From: a virus
DNA: 41,826 nt
Direction: 5' to 3' (one strand)
Virus record (IMG/VR): IMGVR_UViG_3300029743_000011
Shown here: piece by piece, positions 31,272-40,986 of the stretch
Numbering within the stretch: position 1 is the first letter of the stretch
Layout of the letters: every line of letters begins with the position of its first letter
Position numbers and translations under genes: made by a program
Notes under the pieces: generated by a model
Seen by the model: only the letters and a program-made list of their open reading frames with translations
Told to the model about the DNA's origin: nothing
Database searches by the model: none

Positions 31272-33267
31272 ACTTTTTGTAAAAATCGGTGCGGATACAA
31301 CCGAAGCGAATAAAGGCATTGACGAAGTCGGGCAGAAAACATCCGGACTCGGGGAAAAACTGAAATCCGGACTTGCGACGGCTGGGAAAGTAGCTGTTGC
31401 TGGTGTTGCGGCTGGCGCTACTGCAATCGGAGCGCTCGGAACGAAAGCGGTTGCCGCTTACGCTGACTATGAACAGCTTGTGGGCGGTGTGGAAACACTT
31501 TTCAAGGACAGCCAAGATCAGGTTATGGATTATGCGAACAACGCATATAAGACCGCTGGCCTGTCCGCAAATGAATATATGGAGACGGTAACGAGCTTCT
31601 CGGCCTCTCTGCTGCAATCTCTCGATGGAGACACAAGCGCGGCAGCGGACAAGGCGAACTTGGCAATTACCGATATGTCCGATAACGCAAACAAGATGGG
31701 CACGGACATGACATCCATCCAAAATGCTTATCAAGGCTTTGCTAAATCGAACTATACAATGCTGGACAACTTAAAACTCGGCTACGGCGGCACGCAGGCG
31801 GAAATGGAGCGGATGCTTGCGGACGCAGAGAAGATTTCCGGCATCAAGTACGATATTTCAAGCTATGCGGACATCGTAGATGCTATCCACGTGGTGCAGA
31901 CAGAAATGGGCATCACGGGCACGACGGCAGAGGAAGCGGCAAGCACGATTCAGGGCTCGTTCGGTATGATGAAATCCGCATGGCAGAATCTTGTGACCGG
32001 CATGGCAGACCCCGACCAAGATTTGGGCGTTTTGGTAGGAAACTTTACGGATTCTGTGGTCATCGCGGGGAACAATCTGATTCCTCGGATTCAGGAGCTT
32101 TTGCCGCGTATCGTCGAAGCGACAACGTCCCTTATCGGAACGGTAAGCGAACAGTTACCGGCGATTCTGGGAACGGTACTGCCGTCTCTTGTAGAGGGCG
32201 CTACAAACCTTGTAACCGGTCTTATGGCGGCTTTGCCGTCTGTGCTGTCGGTTTTGGCGGACGTTGCGCCGACGGTCATCAACACACTCGTTCCGGCTCT
32301 CATTGAGCTTTTGCCGCAGATCACACAGACGGGTATTGATGTCATTGTATCGCTTGCACAGGGTATTGCAGACGCGCTCCCGCAGCTGATTCCCGCCGCA
32401 ACGGATGCAATTATCGAAATCGTAGAGGTTTTGACTAGCCCGGACAACCTCGGGAACCTGATTGACGCAGCGCTTGCTATCATTCTGGCTCTTGTTGATG
32501 GGCTTGTAGATGCGACTCCAAAACTGATTGCAGCAGTTCCGGACGTTATCGCGAACCTTGTCACGGCAATCATTGCAAATATGCCGAAAATTCTTGAAGC
32601 AGGCGTGGAAATCACGATGGCGCTTGCAGATGGGCTTATCAAGGCTCTGCCGGAGCTGATTGCGGCAATCCCGAACCTGATTCTCGGTATCGTGCAGGGC
32701 ATTATCGACAATCTGCCGGAGATCATCATGGCAGGTCCCAAAATCATTGCAGCCCTGGCTACCGGACTTGTTGAAGCGATTCCGGATATCGTCATGGTCA
32801 TTCCACAGTTGATTCGGTCTATCGTGGACACATTCCTTTCGTTTGACTGGGGAAGCATCGGCAAGAACATTGTCGAGGGCATTAAAAACGGTTTCGTGAA
32901 TATGTGGAACAGTTTCAAGCAGACGGTTGAAAACGTCTTCACGGGGCTTGTAGACGGTGTTAAAAGCTTCCTAGGCATCGCGTCCCCGTCTAAGGTCTTC
33001 GCCGGTATTGGCGGATATATGGCGGAAGGACTCGGGCAGGGCTTTGACAAAGAATTCTCAAATGTCAAGCGTGGAATTCAAAGCCAACTCGATTTCGGCA
33101 CGATGACCTTTGGAATGTCTTCCTTCGGTCATCTTCCGGCACTCGCCGGAGCAGGCACGACGAACAACTACTACAACATCAATGCCGACCGGGTGAAGCA
33201 GTTTAATGACATTATCCGAATTACAGAAAATGAGCGTTTGACTTCGCGGATGGGGGTATCTGCATGA
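31258..33267 (+). CDS. Tape measure protein
   Basis: 669 aa. Ala/Gly/Ile/Leu-rich helical repeats and a hydrophobic core. Confidence 0.85.
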   Translation: MNLFELFVKIGADTTEANKGIDEVGQKTSGLGEKLKSGLATAGKVAVAGVAAGATAIGALGTKAVAAYADYEQLVGGVETLFKDSQDQVMDYANNAYKTAGLSANEYMETVTSFSASLLQSLDGDTSAAADKANLAITDMSDNANKMGTDMTSIQNAYQGFAKSNYTMLDNLKLGYGGTQAEMERMLADAEKISGIKYDISSYADIVDAIHVVQTEMGITGTTAEEAASTIQGSFGMMKSAWQNLVTGMADPDQDLGVLVGNFTDSVVIAGNNLIPRIQELLPRIVEATTSLIGTVSEQLPAILGTVLPSLVEGATNLVTGLMAALPSVLSVLADVAPTVINTLVPALIELLPQITQTGIDVIVSLAQGIADALPQLIPAATDAIIEIVEVLTSPDNLGNLIDAALAIILALVDGLVDATPKLIAAVPDVIANLVTAIIANMPKILEAGVEITMALADGLIKALPELIAAIPNLILGIVQGIIDNLPEIIMAGPKIIAALATGLVEAIPDIVMVIPQLIRSIVDTFLSFDWGSIGKNIVEGIKNGFVNMWNSFKQTVENVFTGLVDGVKSFLGIASPSKVFAGIGGYMAEGLGQGFDKEFSNVKRGIQSQLDFGTMTFGMSSFGHLPALAGAGTTNNYYNINADRVKQFNDIIRITENERLTSRMGVSA

Positions 33268-33332
33268 GAATCGACGACTTCATTCGCCGCATGAAGAATC
33301 AAAGAAGAGTGGCCAGAATGGGGGTGACGTGA

Positions 33333-35306
33333 TTGAGCCTTACGGCTACAGTAAAAATCAAAGATTTCGCGTTTTTGGACGAATCTGCAAGAGGCGTGAA
33401 CGACCACACATCAAACCCTGTTACGCTAGAGGAAAAAGACTACTTGCTAATGTCCTTCCATGCCCTCCCCGAAAATATGCGTTTTAAGCGCATTACCAGC
33501 TCGAGTGCACATGCATATTTAAGCAAGGTAACAAATGAGGACCGGTCATACACAAAAGCACTGTACGACCAATTTAATGCGGAGTCTATTACGTACAACA
33601 CGAGACCAAATCACCTATCTTCTACGACGACCGCCACCAAGGCAACTATATCAAACGGTTGGAATGAAATTGACGATTATACAACTGTGTACGGGGTCAG
33701 GTACGGTCTTGCTTTCTTCCTCGGCGACTTCTCTGATGGCTCCGTCGCTGTAGTAACAAGCGGCGCTAATGCCCCATATTTAACAGTAACGGTTGATGAT
33801 AGCGACACGATAGGCTTGACATTAGACAGTCTAGCTCCAAAATCTGGCGCAATCATAAAAACGCAAGACAACACATTTACGTGGCGTGCACGCGATGCCG
33901 ACAACAAATGCGCACCTGAGGTCGAGCAAGCCTCCGCCGTCTTCCGCTGGCGCTCCGGGACGAACGGTACGATTCACACGATTGCAGTCTCTGGGAACAC
34001 GCAGAGCGTCACAGTCCCGGCGAACACCTTCGCGGGTACGACGAGCATCCAGTGGCAGGTAGCCGTCACGGCAAACAGCGGTGTGGTCACAACATCCGAC
34101 TGGGTGACGCTCTCGACCGCAGACGCAACGCCGACCGCCGCGCCTCTGAGCCCGGTCGACACGGTGATTGACGGCTCAAAGGACGTACTGTTCCAGTGGC
34201 AGCACTCCATTTCGACCGGCACGGCGCAGAGCAAGGCAGACCTGCAAAAAAGTACCGACGGCATCACATGGCAGACGCTTGCAACCGTGAATGGCGCGGC
34301 GCGGCAGTGGACGTGTCCTGCCGGGACGCTCACTTCCAGCATCAAATACTGGCGCGTGCGCACCTACAATGCCGACGGCATTGCGGGAGAATGGAGCGAT
34401 GCGGCACAGATCGTGGTCATCGCCGCGCCGACGGCTCCGAACATCCAGATCAAGAGCACGGGCCCGCGCCCGTCCATCAGCTGGCAGACCTCCGAGCAGG
34501 AGGCGTACCAGGTAGAGCTGGACGGAAAGCTTTCCGGCGGCACGCACTACGGCACGGACAAGACATGGACAAGCCCCGCGTATCTTTCGGACGGCAGCCA
34601 CACGGTGCGCGTGCGCGTGCAGAACCAGTACGGCATGTGGTCTGATTGGGGCGCAGCGGCTTTGCCTGTCACCAACACGCCGGGCGCGAGTATCACGCTG
34701 AGCGTACAGGCTTCCAGCGTCGCGGATCTCAGTTGGCAGACCTCCGGGGGCTATGACTTTTATCTTGTATACCGAAACGAAAAGCCGATCGCAAAGCTCA
34801 CCCAGACGCAGTACACCGACGAGCTGTCCTCCGGGGACGTCACCTATCAGGTGCGCGGCTGCTACGCAGATTCGAGCAACTACGGCTTGTCTGGCGCGGT
34901 CACAGTAACGATCACGACTGGACAGTATGTGACGCTCTACGGCATCGCGTCCGGGAAGAAAGTGACGCTCAAGCATTGCGGGCTCAAGAATCAGCCGGTG
35001 CAGAACGCGATCAACCGCGACATTCAGTACATTTTCATGTATGGCAGCACGTACCCGCACGCGGAAAGAAGCGAGTTTGTGACAAAGAAGGTCGGCGGCA
35101 CGGCGGTATTTTTACCGGACGAAGACAAAGCGGGATTTGACGCGCTGATTGGCGAATTGGTGTGCCTGAAAACGCAGTCCGGCGAGATGGTCATCGGATA
35201 CTTGAACGAGACAAGCGACACGTCGAGAGTGAACCCGGACAAATCCGTCGTCAACTTCTCAATTCAGCAGATCGACTACGCGGAGGTGATCGACATTGAT
35301 TCGTGA
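33333..35306 (+). CDS. Distal tail protein-like (by position) with multiple FN3-like repeats
   Basis: TTG start after GGGGGTGA. Repeated W..S/Y.V motifs (FTWRA, FRWRS, FQWQH, YWRVRTYN, ISWQT, LSWQT). Confidence 0.55.
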   Translation: MSLTATVKIKDFAFLDESARGVNDHTSNPVTLEEKDYLLMSFHALPENMRFKRITSSSAHAYLSKVTNEDRSYTKALYDQFNAESITYNTRPNHLSSTTTATKATISNGWNEIDDYTTVYGVRYGLAFFLGDFSDGSVAVVTSGANAPYLTVTVDDSDTIGLTLDSLAPKSGAIIKTQDNTFTWRARDADNKCAPEVEQASAVFRWRSGTNGTIHTIAVSGNTQSVTVPANTFAGTTSIQWQVAVTANSGVVTTSDWVTLSTADATPTAAPLSPVDTVIDGSKDVLFQWQHSISTGTAQSKADLQKSTDGITWQTLATVNGAARQWTCPAGTLTSSIKYWRVRTYNADGIAGEWSDAAQIVVIAAPTAPNIQIKSTGPRPSISWQTSEQEAYQVELDGKLSGGTHYGTDKTWTSPAYLSDGSHTVRVRVQNQYGMWSDWGAAALPVTNTPGASITLSVQASSVADLSWQTSGGYDFYLVYRNEKPIAKLTQTQYTDELSSGDVTYQVRGCYADSSNYGLSGAVTVTITTGQYVTLYGIASGKKVTLKHCGLKNQPVQNAINRDIQYIFMYGSTYPHAERSEFVTKKVGGTAVFLPDEDKAGFDALIGELVCLKTQSGEMVIGYLNETSDTSRVNPDKSVVNFSIQQIDYAEVIDIDS

Positions 35307-36333
35307 CGTATCCTACCGCGTGGCGGTTTTACGAAAGGGCGGCGAGGTATCGGCGCTTTCGTGGGCGGCGGGAAATGACCCAACGGTTTATTTCGATGCG
35401 TCCGGCGAGATCAAGTCGAGCTTTTCCGGCGAATTCTATGTGAATCCCATTGTCGACCTGCTGTCGGACGAAATTCAGCCGATTTTGACCGTGGACGGCA
35501 CGGAATATCCCCTCGGGGTGTTCCGCGCCGCGACGGTGACCACAGCGGTCACAAAATACGGAAAGACGGTCAAGGTAGAGGCGTATGACCGGTGCTGGCT
35601 GCTCAAAAGCAACAAAACGCAGACGCGGGTGCATTATGCAAAGGGCACGTCTTACTTGACGGTCGTTCAGCAGATTTTGACAACGTGCGGCGTGGCACTG
35701 GCTATCACGACAGCTTCTGCGGCAACGCTTGCCACAGACCGCGAGGACTGGGAGATCGGAACAGATTATCTGACGATCTGCAATGACCTTCTGGCGGAGA
35801 TCAACTACAAGCCTGTGTGGTTCGACGTGCAGGGCATTGCCCATATTGAGCCTTACACACAGGCGCTTGCGGCAAACATCAAGCACCGATACGGCGGGAC
35901 GGAGATTCTGAGACCGATTTCGGCAGACGCTTCAGAGGAAACGGACATCTTTTCTACGCCAAATGTTTTTGTGTGCGTCTGCTCGAACCCAGATTTGGAA
36001 GATGCGCTTGTGGCGACGGCGGTAAACGAATCGCCGACATCTGCGACCTCGACATTCAAACGGAATATGCGAATCGTTCAGGTGACAAAGGTCGACAATG
36101 TTGCATCTCAGGAAGAATTGCAGACCATCGCGAACCGGCTGATGAGCGAGTCGCAGCAGACGGTAAAAACAATCAGTTTCGAGACATTTTCTGAGGGGAA
36201 TCACGGCATCGGGGACGCGATCTCCATTGACCATCCGGATATCGGCGGAATCTATGAGGAAACCGCTTGGAGCATCACGCTTGGAGCGGGAGAGTTGATG
36301 AAGCACACAGCGAAAAGGACGGTGATTGCATGA
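35296..36333 (+). CDS. Tail-associated / baseplate hub-like protein
   Basis: TTG start after GGAGGTGA. Second gene after the tape measure. Confidence 0.5.
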   Translation: MIRDVSYRVAVLRKGGEVSALSWAAGNDPTVYFDASGEIKSSFSGEFYVNPIVDLLSDEIQPILTVDGTEYPLGVFRAATVTTAVTKYGKTVKVEAYDRCWLLKSNKTQTRVHYAKGTSYLTVVQQILTTCGVALAITTASAATLATDREDWEIGTDYLTICNDLLAEINYKPVWFDVQGIAHIEPYTQALAANIKHRYGGTEILRPISADASEETDIFSTPNVFVCVCSNPDLEDALVATAVNESPTSATSTFKRNMRIVQVTKVDNVASQEELQTIANRLMSESQQTVKTISFETFSEGNHGIGDAISIDHPDIGGIYEETAWSITLGAGELMKHTAKRTVIA

Positions 36334-36572
36334 TTCCGGGCTTATCGACGCAGAAAGAAAAGAAGGTAACAGCACCGACATTTGACCTTGCGACGGTCGG
36401 CGCGGTGTATTCCGACGGTTTGAGCCTGATTTTTGACGGCAGCACGACGGCAAGCGAAAAGCATTACAAATGCAACACGTCGATTTCGTTCAAGGCGGGC
36501 GACCGGGTGAAGATTTCGAAGATTTCCGGCTCTTACGTGGTGGATTACGTCGTCGGAATCCCAAAAACATAG
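36330..36572 (+). CDS. Small tail/baseplate protein
   Basis: ATGA overlap. 80 aa. Confidence 0.5.
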   Translation: MIPGLSTQKEKKVTAPTFDLATVGAVYSDGLSLIFDGSTTASEKHYKCNTSISFKAGDRVKISKISGSYVVDYVVGIPKT

Positions 36573-36584
36573 GGGGGTGATTAA

Positions 36585-36878
36585 GTGTTTCAGAAAATCG
36601 CGAACGCTTTATCGGTGGAAGTAGAGGGAACTGACCTGACGAAAGCGACGAAGATTGAGTTTTACGTAAGGCAGGGATGCTCCTTCTTCCAGTACGAACC
36701 TACAGTAGTCGACGAAACGCACCTGCTTGTAAAAATCCCGTATGCAGACGCGATGCGGCTGCAAGCAAGCACCGTAAGGCTACAGCTTGCCTTAACAGAT
36801 GGCGACGGAAACCCGATGGCGGCTGAAATCGTGCAGACGGACGCGAAAAAGTTCTTGAAGGAGGCGGGATATGATTAA
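36585..36878 (+). CDS. Hypothetical tail-module protein
   Basis: GTG start. 97 aa. Confidence 0.5.
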   Translation: MFQKIANALSVEVEGTDLTKATKIEFYVRQGCSFFQYEPTVVDETHLLVKIPYADAMRLQASTVRLQLALTDGDGNPMAAEIVQTDAKKFLKEAGYD

Positions 36879-37125
36879 AATGACGCTTTCCCAGCCGGAG
36901 ATCAAGATGAAGATCGCCCCGGCGAAGGTGGTTTACGCTGGAGATAGCAAGCCCTATGAGGGCGTATACGACGTAACGCCGAAGACTTACGAGCCGGTGG
37001 TCTTGCCGACCAGAAACCGGCTTTTGTCCCGCGACGTGAACGTTGCAAAGATTCCACAGTACGAAGTATCCAACGCCGCCGGTGGGCTGACGCTCATCAT
37101 GGGCGACGAGTATATGAACAGTTAG
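36871..37125 (+). CDS. Hypothetical tail-module protein
   Basis: 84 aa. Confidence 0.5.
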   Translation: MIKMTLSQPEIKMKIAPAKVVYAGDSKPYEGVYDVTPKTYEPVVLPTRNRLLSRDVNVAKIPQYEVSNAAGGLTLIMGDEYMNS

Positions 37126-37135
37126 GAGTGAGCAT

Positions 37136-37723
37136 ATGGCAAACAAGTATGTAAACAAACTGATCGTCGGAACGGAGGTAAAGCTCGACCTGTCGGGCGA
37201 CACCATTGTCGCGAGTGATCTCAAAAAGGGCGTCACCGCGCACGACAAGTCCGGCGCGCCGATCACCGGCACGAACGAATTTGACGTAAACTCGCAGGAC
37301 GCGGACGCTGCGGTTGCGGAGGTTCTGAAGGGCAAGACATTCTACGCGCGCGGCTCGAAGCTGACCGGCACCATGCCGGACAACGGCGCAAAGACGCTCG
37401 AGATTGCCGATGCGGAAGACGAGCCGACAATTGCAATGGGCTTCCACGACGGCTCCGGCAAAGCGCGCATCAAGGCGACAGAAAAAGCAAAAATCATTCC
37501 CGGCAATATCAAGTCCGGCATTACCATTCTCGGCGTGGTGGGCAGCTACGGCGGCGAGGCGGTCAAGGCACAGGCGAACAAGAACGTCACGCCGAGCTTT
37601 GCCGAGCAGGTCGTGACGCCGGATGAGACGTATGACTATCTGTCGCAGGTGACTGTCGCGGCGATTCCCGTCACCTACACCGACAACGCCGCAGGAGGGC
37701 AGACGCTCCAGATCGGAGGCTGA
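37136..37723 (+). CDS. Tail fibre-like protein, paralog 1
   Basis: The N-terminus VKLDLSGDTIVASDLKKGVTAHDKSGAPITGT is shared with the next gene. Confidence 0.55.
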   Translation: MANKYVNKLIVGTEVKLDLSGDTIVASDLKKGVTAHDKSGAPITGTNEFDVNSQDADAAVAEVLKGKTFYARGSKLTGTMPDNGAKTLEIADAEDEPTIAMGFHDGSGKARIKATEKAKIIPGNIKSGITILGVVGSYGGEAVKAQANKNVTPSFAEQVVTPDETYDYLSQVTVAAIPVTYTDNAAGGQTLQIGG

Positions 37724-37724
37724 G

Positions 37725-38150
37725 ATGGCAGTCAACAAAGTCGCCCTGAACGGCGAAATCAAGCTTGACCTGACCGCCGACACCGTAACGCCGGAGACAC
37801 TTCTCAAGGGCGCGACGGCGCACAACGCGGCGGGCGAGCTGATTACAGGAGTGTATGAGCCTATGAACATAAAACAGTACACCGGCACGCTTCTCGCCTC
37901 GGGCTGGGCTGCGGATTCGCACGGCTACCAGGCGCAGACGATCACGATAGATGGGCTAAAGGCATCCTACGATGTTGACCCGCAGTGGGACGTTGCACTT
38001 TCCGGGATGGACAAGGACGCAGACAGCGCACTTCTGACGGGGTTCTCCCGCGTCAGTAACTTTACGACAGGTGCGAACAGTCTGACCGCGCAGTGCATCG
38101 GCGCGCCACCGGAGATCAACATTCCAATTAAGGTGGTGGTATTTGGATGA
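37725..38150 (+). CDS. Tail fibre-like protein, paralog 2
   Basis: IKLDLTADTVTPETLLKGATAHNAAGELITGV. Confidence 0.55.
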   Translation: MAVNKVALNGEIKLDLTADTVTPETLLKGATAHNAAGELITGVYEPMNIKQYTGTLLASGWAADSHGYQAQTITIDGLKASYDVDPQWDVALSGMDKDADSALLTGFSRVSNFTTGANSLTAQCIGAPPEINIPIKVVVFG

Positions 38151-38809
38151 GCGGAAGAAGCCCTAGATGGATCGAAAAGCCGGTAGGGTTTGCCGGGTGG
38201 TCGTGGGCGCAGATCATAGCGGCCTGCCAGAGTAAGCAAATCCCGCAAGAGTGGAAGGTGCATGACTGGAAGAACATGACGATTAACGGCGCAGAATACC
38301 GAATCGACATTATCGGCATGAACCATGATGATTACGCGGATGGCTCGGGCAAGGCACCGCTGACACTCCAGCTGCACGACTGTTATGCGGCGGGACGATA
38401 CGGAATCACCGGCGGCTCTGCGTGGATCGATAGCATTATGCGGACGGAAACGCTTCCGGCGATCCTTGCGCTTATGCCGGCAGAGGTACAAAGCGGGATT
38501 CGAGAGGTAACCAAGCTGACGAAACACGGTTCAAGTATCGATACAACAGCAGATAAATTGTTTCTCCCGTCGGTAGTGGAGGTCGGACAACCTGGTAATT
38601 CCGGCGTAGACGCTGCCGAAGGTATGCAGTATGCGTACTATTCCCATCAGCTTTATAGCGTAAAGCAAATGGCGGGGGGAGAAGTAGCATGGTGGACACG
38701 GACACGCGCCGGCGGAAGTAATGTCTATGCGATTAGCATTTTGGGTACCCCATCCAGCAAAGGCATAACCTCCGAGGCGACTAGAACGGCGTTTTGCTTT
38801 TGCTTTTAG
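38147..38809 (+). CDS. Putative receptor-binding protein (DUF6273-like)
   Basis: KLFLPSVVEV...YYS...WWTRTRAGG resembles the FLLS..E...WWLRS pattern. Confidence 0.45.
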   Translation: MSGRSPRWIEKPVGFAGWSWAQIIAACQSKQIPQEWKVHDWKNMTINGAEYRIDIIGMNHDDYADGSGKAPLTLQLHDCYAAGRYGITGGSAWIDSIMRTETLPAILALMPAEVQSGIREVTKLTKHGSSIDTTADKLFLPSVVEVGQPGNSGVDAAEGMQYAYYSHQLYSVKQMAGGEVAWWTRTRAGGSNVYAISILGTPSSKGITSEATRTAFCFCF

Positions 38810-38818
38810 GAGGCCGTT

Positions 38819-39145
38819 ATGGGAATGTTTTTGAGAAGAGGTCTTCCGACCCCGGAACACTTCACAGTGGATATATCCGGCGATCTTAGTCCCCAAAACG
38901 CATATGCGACAATTGGAGAAACGAAATATACGGCGACGGCAACGGTAGAAGTGAAGCCGGACGCGACAGTTGACGTCTATGTAGGCGGTAATGAGACCCG
39001 CTGCAAGATAACTCTCAATGGGGAACTGGTGATGGCCGGGATCGGAACGTACGCACTGAAGGTGACCGGGAACGCAGCCATTGCATTCGATAGAAAAACC
39101 AATAACAGCGGCTCATACTATATTTGCGATATCACGATGGGATAG
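38819..39145 (+). CDS. Hypothetical tail-module protein
   Basis: 108 aa. Confidence 0.5.
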   Translation: MGMFLRRGLPTPEHFTVDISGDLSPQNAYATIGETKYTATATVEVKPDATVDVYVGGNETRCKITLNGELVMAGIGTYALKVTGNAAIAFDRKTNNSGSYYICDITMG

Positions 39146-39154
39146 GAGATCAGA

Positions 39155-39820
39155 ATGTACATTACAAATCAGTCTATACAGTACCCGAATATCCGCGTGA
39201 CGCGCACAGATGGGACGGTACGGTTTGAGGGTGCAAGCTTGGCTGGCGTTTCTGCTCTGTCCGGGTCTATTGCGGTCTACACGAACAATGGCTTCCAGAT
39301 GCAGACATTCGACACGGCAGATTATCTCCGGCAGGAAATTACAGATGGGCTCTGGGTGCTTACCAATATTCCACTGCCGCAGCCGATGGCGCAGGAGCCG
39401 GTAGAATACGACTTGGATGCGTCTATAGCATACGCGGTGCAGTTTTTGATGAAGGATGTGAAGCTGGAAACAGCAGACGAGATCATCCGGTGTTCCGCAC
39501 TGTACCCGGAATGGACGGCGGGAAAGCACACAGTGGGTGAAACGTTCCTTGTTGATGGAGAGCCGTGGACTTGTTTTCAGGCGTATGACAACGCGGTCTA
39601 TCCGGATATCGCGCCGGGGAAGACTGCCTGGTACACGTTCAACAAGCCATATCACGGGACATCGCGCGAGACGGCACGGCAGTTTGTCCATCCGACGGGC
39701 GCGCACGATATTTACAAGGCGGGAGAATGGGCAGTGCAGGGCGGAAAGTTCACCAAAGCTAACCAGGACACAGCATATAGTCTCGCGGAGTATCCGCAGG
39801 CATGGGATGTAGAAGGATAA
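39155..39820 (+). CDS. Tail fibre protein with carbohydrate-binding-like C-terminus
   Basis: YPEWTAGKHTVGETFLVDGEPWTCFQAYDNAVYPDIAPGKTAWYTF resembles CBM5/12-type aromatic motifs. Confidence 0.5.
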   Translation: MYITNQSIQYPNIRVTRTDGTVRFEGASLAGVSALSGSIAVYTNNGFQMQTFDTADYLRQEITDGLWVLTNIPLPQPMAQEPVEYDLDASIAYAVQFLMKDVKLETADEIIRCSALYPEWTAGKHTVGETFLVDGEPWTCFQAYDNAVYPDIAPGKTAWYTFNKPYHGTSRETARQFVHPTGAHDIYKAGEWAVQGGKFTKANQDTAYSLAEYPQAWDVEG

Positions 39821-39850
39821 CAGCCGCCCGAGGGCGAGAAAGGAGAACAC

Positions 39851-40195
39851 ATGGACACCAAGACCATCATCGTTACCCTCGTCTGCGCCGTGCTCGGCTC
39901 GTCCGCGCTGACGGCGGTCGTCAATGCCGTCGTCAGCGCGATACAGAAAAAGCGCGGGAAGACCACGACGCAGGATACGCACCTTGCAGAGATCGACAAG
40001 AAGCTTGGGAAAATGCAGGAGCATCAGGACGAGCAGTATCTTGCAATCCTGCGGCTGACGATCATGTCGGAGGAGATGCCAATGGCCGAGCGCCTGATCG
40101 CCGGACAGAAATACGTCAAGCTGGGCGGCAACGGCGATGTAAAAAAGTTTTTGCATCAGCTGGAGGCGCAGTGCGAGCATAGCAGCGCGCAATAA
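39851..40195 (+). CDS. N-terminally membrane-anchored protein (lysis-associated?)
   Basis: TM segment IIVTLVCAVLGSSALTAVVNAVV followed by a coiled coil. Confidence 0.5.
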   Translation: MDTKTIIVTLVCAVLGSSALTAVVNAVVSAIQKKRGKTTTQDTHLAEIDKKLGKMQEHQDEQYLAILRLTIMSEEMPMAERLIAGQKYVKLGGNGDVKKFLHQLEAQCEHSSAQ

Positions 40196-40209
40196 AACGG
40201 GAGGCAGAT

Positions 40210-40473
40210 ATGCGGGTAAAAGGCAAGTGGAGCAAAGGCGAGATGGCGCGCACCATCGTCATCTATCTGCTCAGACTCCTTACGATGGTGCTGATCTGGG
40301 CGTGCACGCTGAAAACCATCGCTGTCCTTATCGCAGTCGGGAGCAACCCGGAGCTAGGTACGTCTGTCGACCTGTCTGACGTGCTCGGCTACGCCGGGGG
40401 CGCAGCAGTAACAGAGCTGGGCTTGCTGGCTTTCAAGAGAGTATTCGCGAAGAAAAATGAACCGGTAGAATGA
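40210..40473 (+). CDS. Small multi-TM protein (holin/antiholin candidate)
   Basis: TIVIYLLRLLTMVLIWACTL and IAVLIAVG hydrophobic segments. Charged C-terminus. Confidence 0.5.
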   Translation: MRVKGKWSKGEMARTIVIYLLRLLTMVLIWACTLKTIAVLIAVGSNPELGTSVDLSDVLGYAGGAAVTELGLLAFKRVFAKKNEPVE

Positions 40474-40489
40474 AAGGGGTACATACAAA

Positions 40490-40759
40490 ATGACAGAAAA
40501 GACGTTTTTTGAGCTTGTGAAAAAGCTGGTGACTGTTTACACCAACGAACACTTAGACAAGAGCGACGGAAAGCAGATCGGCCCTGATGACGTTTACGTC
40601 GTGTGGTACTGCAAAACGTTGCAGAATTGGAAAGCGCTGGCTTCCACGACGCTGTTCGACGGCATGTACTACGAACTGACGCTCAACGGCGACAAGCAGG
40701 AAATCTATCTCGACGCTTACAAAAAGTTCGAGAACCGCGCAATCAAGGTGGAGGGCTGA
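40490..40759 (+). CDS. Hypothetical soluble protein
   Basis: 89 aa between the two membrane proteins. Confidence 0.55.
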   Translation: MTEKTFFELVKKLVTVYTNEHLDKSDGKQIGPDDVYVVWYCKTLQNWKALASTTLFDGMYYELTLNGDKQEIYLDAYKKFENRAIKVEG

Positions 40760-40761
40760 TT

Positions 40762-40986
40762 ATGGAAAACATTAAAAAGCGGCTGGGCAATTTGCTCAGC
40801 GTCAAATCTCTGGTCACACTGGTGCTGACCGGCGTGTTTGCGTACATGTCTGTAGCCGGTAAGATCTCGCAGGACTTTATGACGATCTACGCCGTGATCA
40901 TCGCGTTCTATTTCGGCAGTCAGTCTCAGAAGCTTCAGGACGCACTCGACGGTAGCAAAAATGCGCAGGAGGGCGAACAGAAATGA
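40762..40986 (+). CDS. Holin (two-TM, SPP1-holin-like)
   Basis: ATG follows GGAGGG. TM segments LVTLVLTGVFAYMSV and IYAVIIAFYFG. Charged tail. Overlaps the endolysin start. Confidence 0.6.
   Translation: MENIKKRLGNLLSVKSLVTLVLTGVFAYMSVAGKISQDFMTIYAVIIAFYFGSQSQKLQDALDGSKNAQEGEQK

Noticed and set aside
33264-33332. 22-codon ORF overlapping the tape measure stop
   Set aside because: It is too short, has no RBS and no supporting feature.
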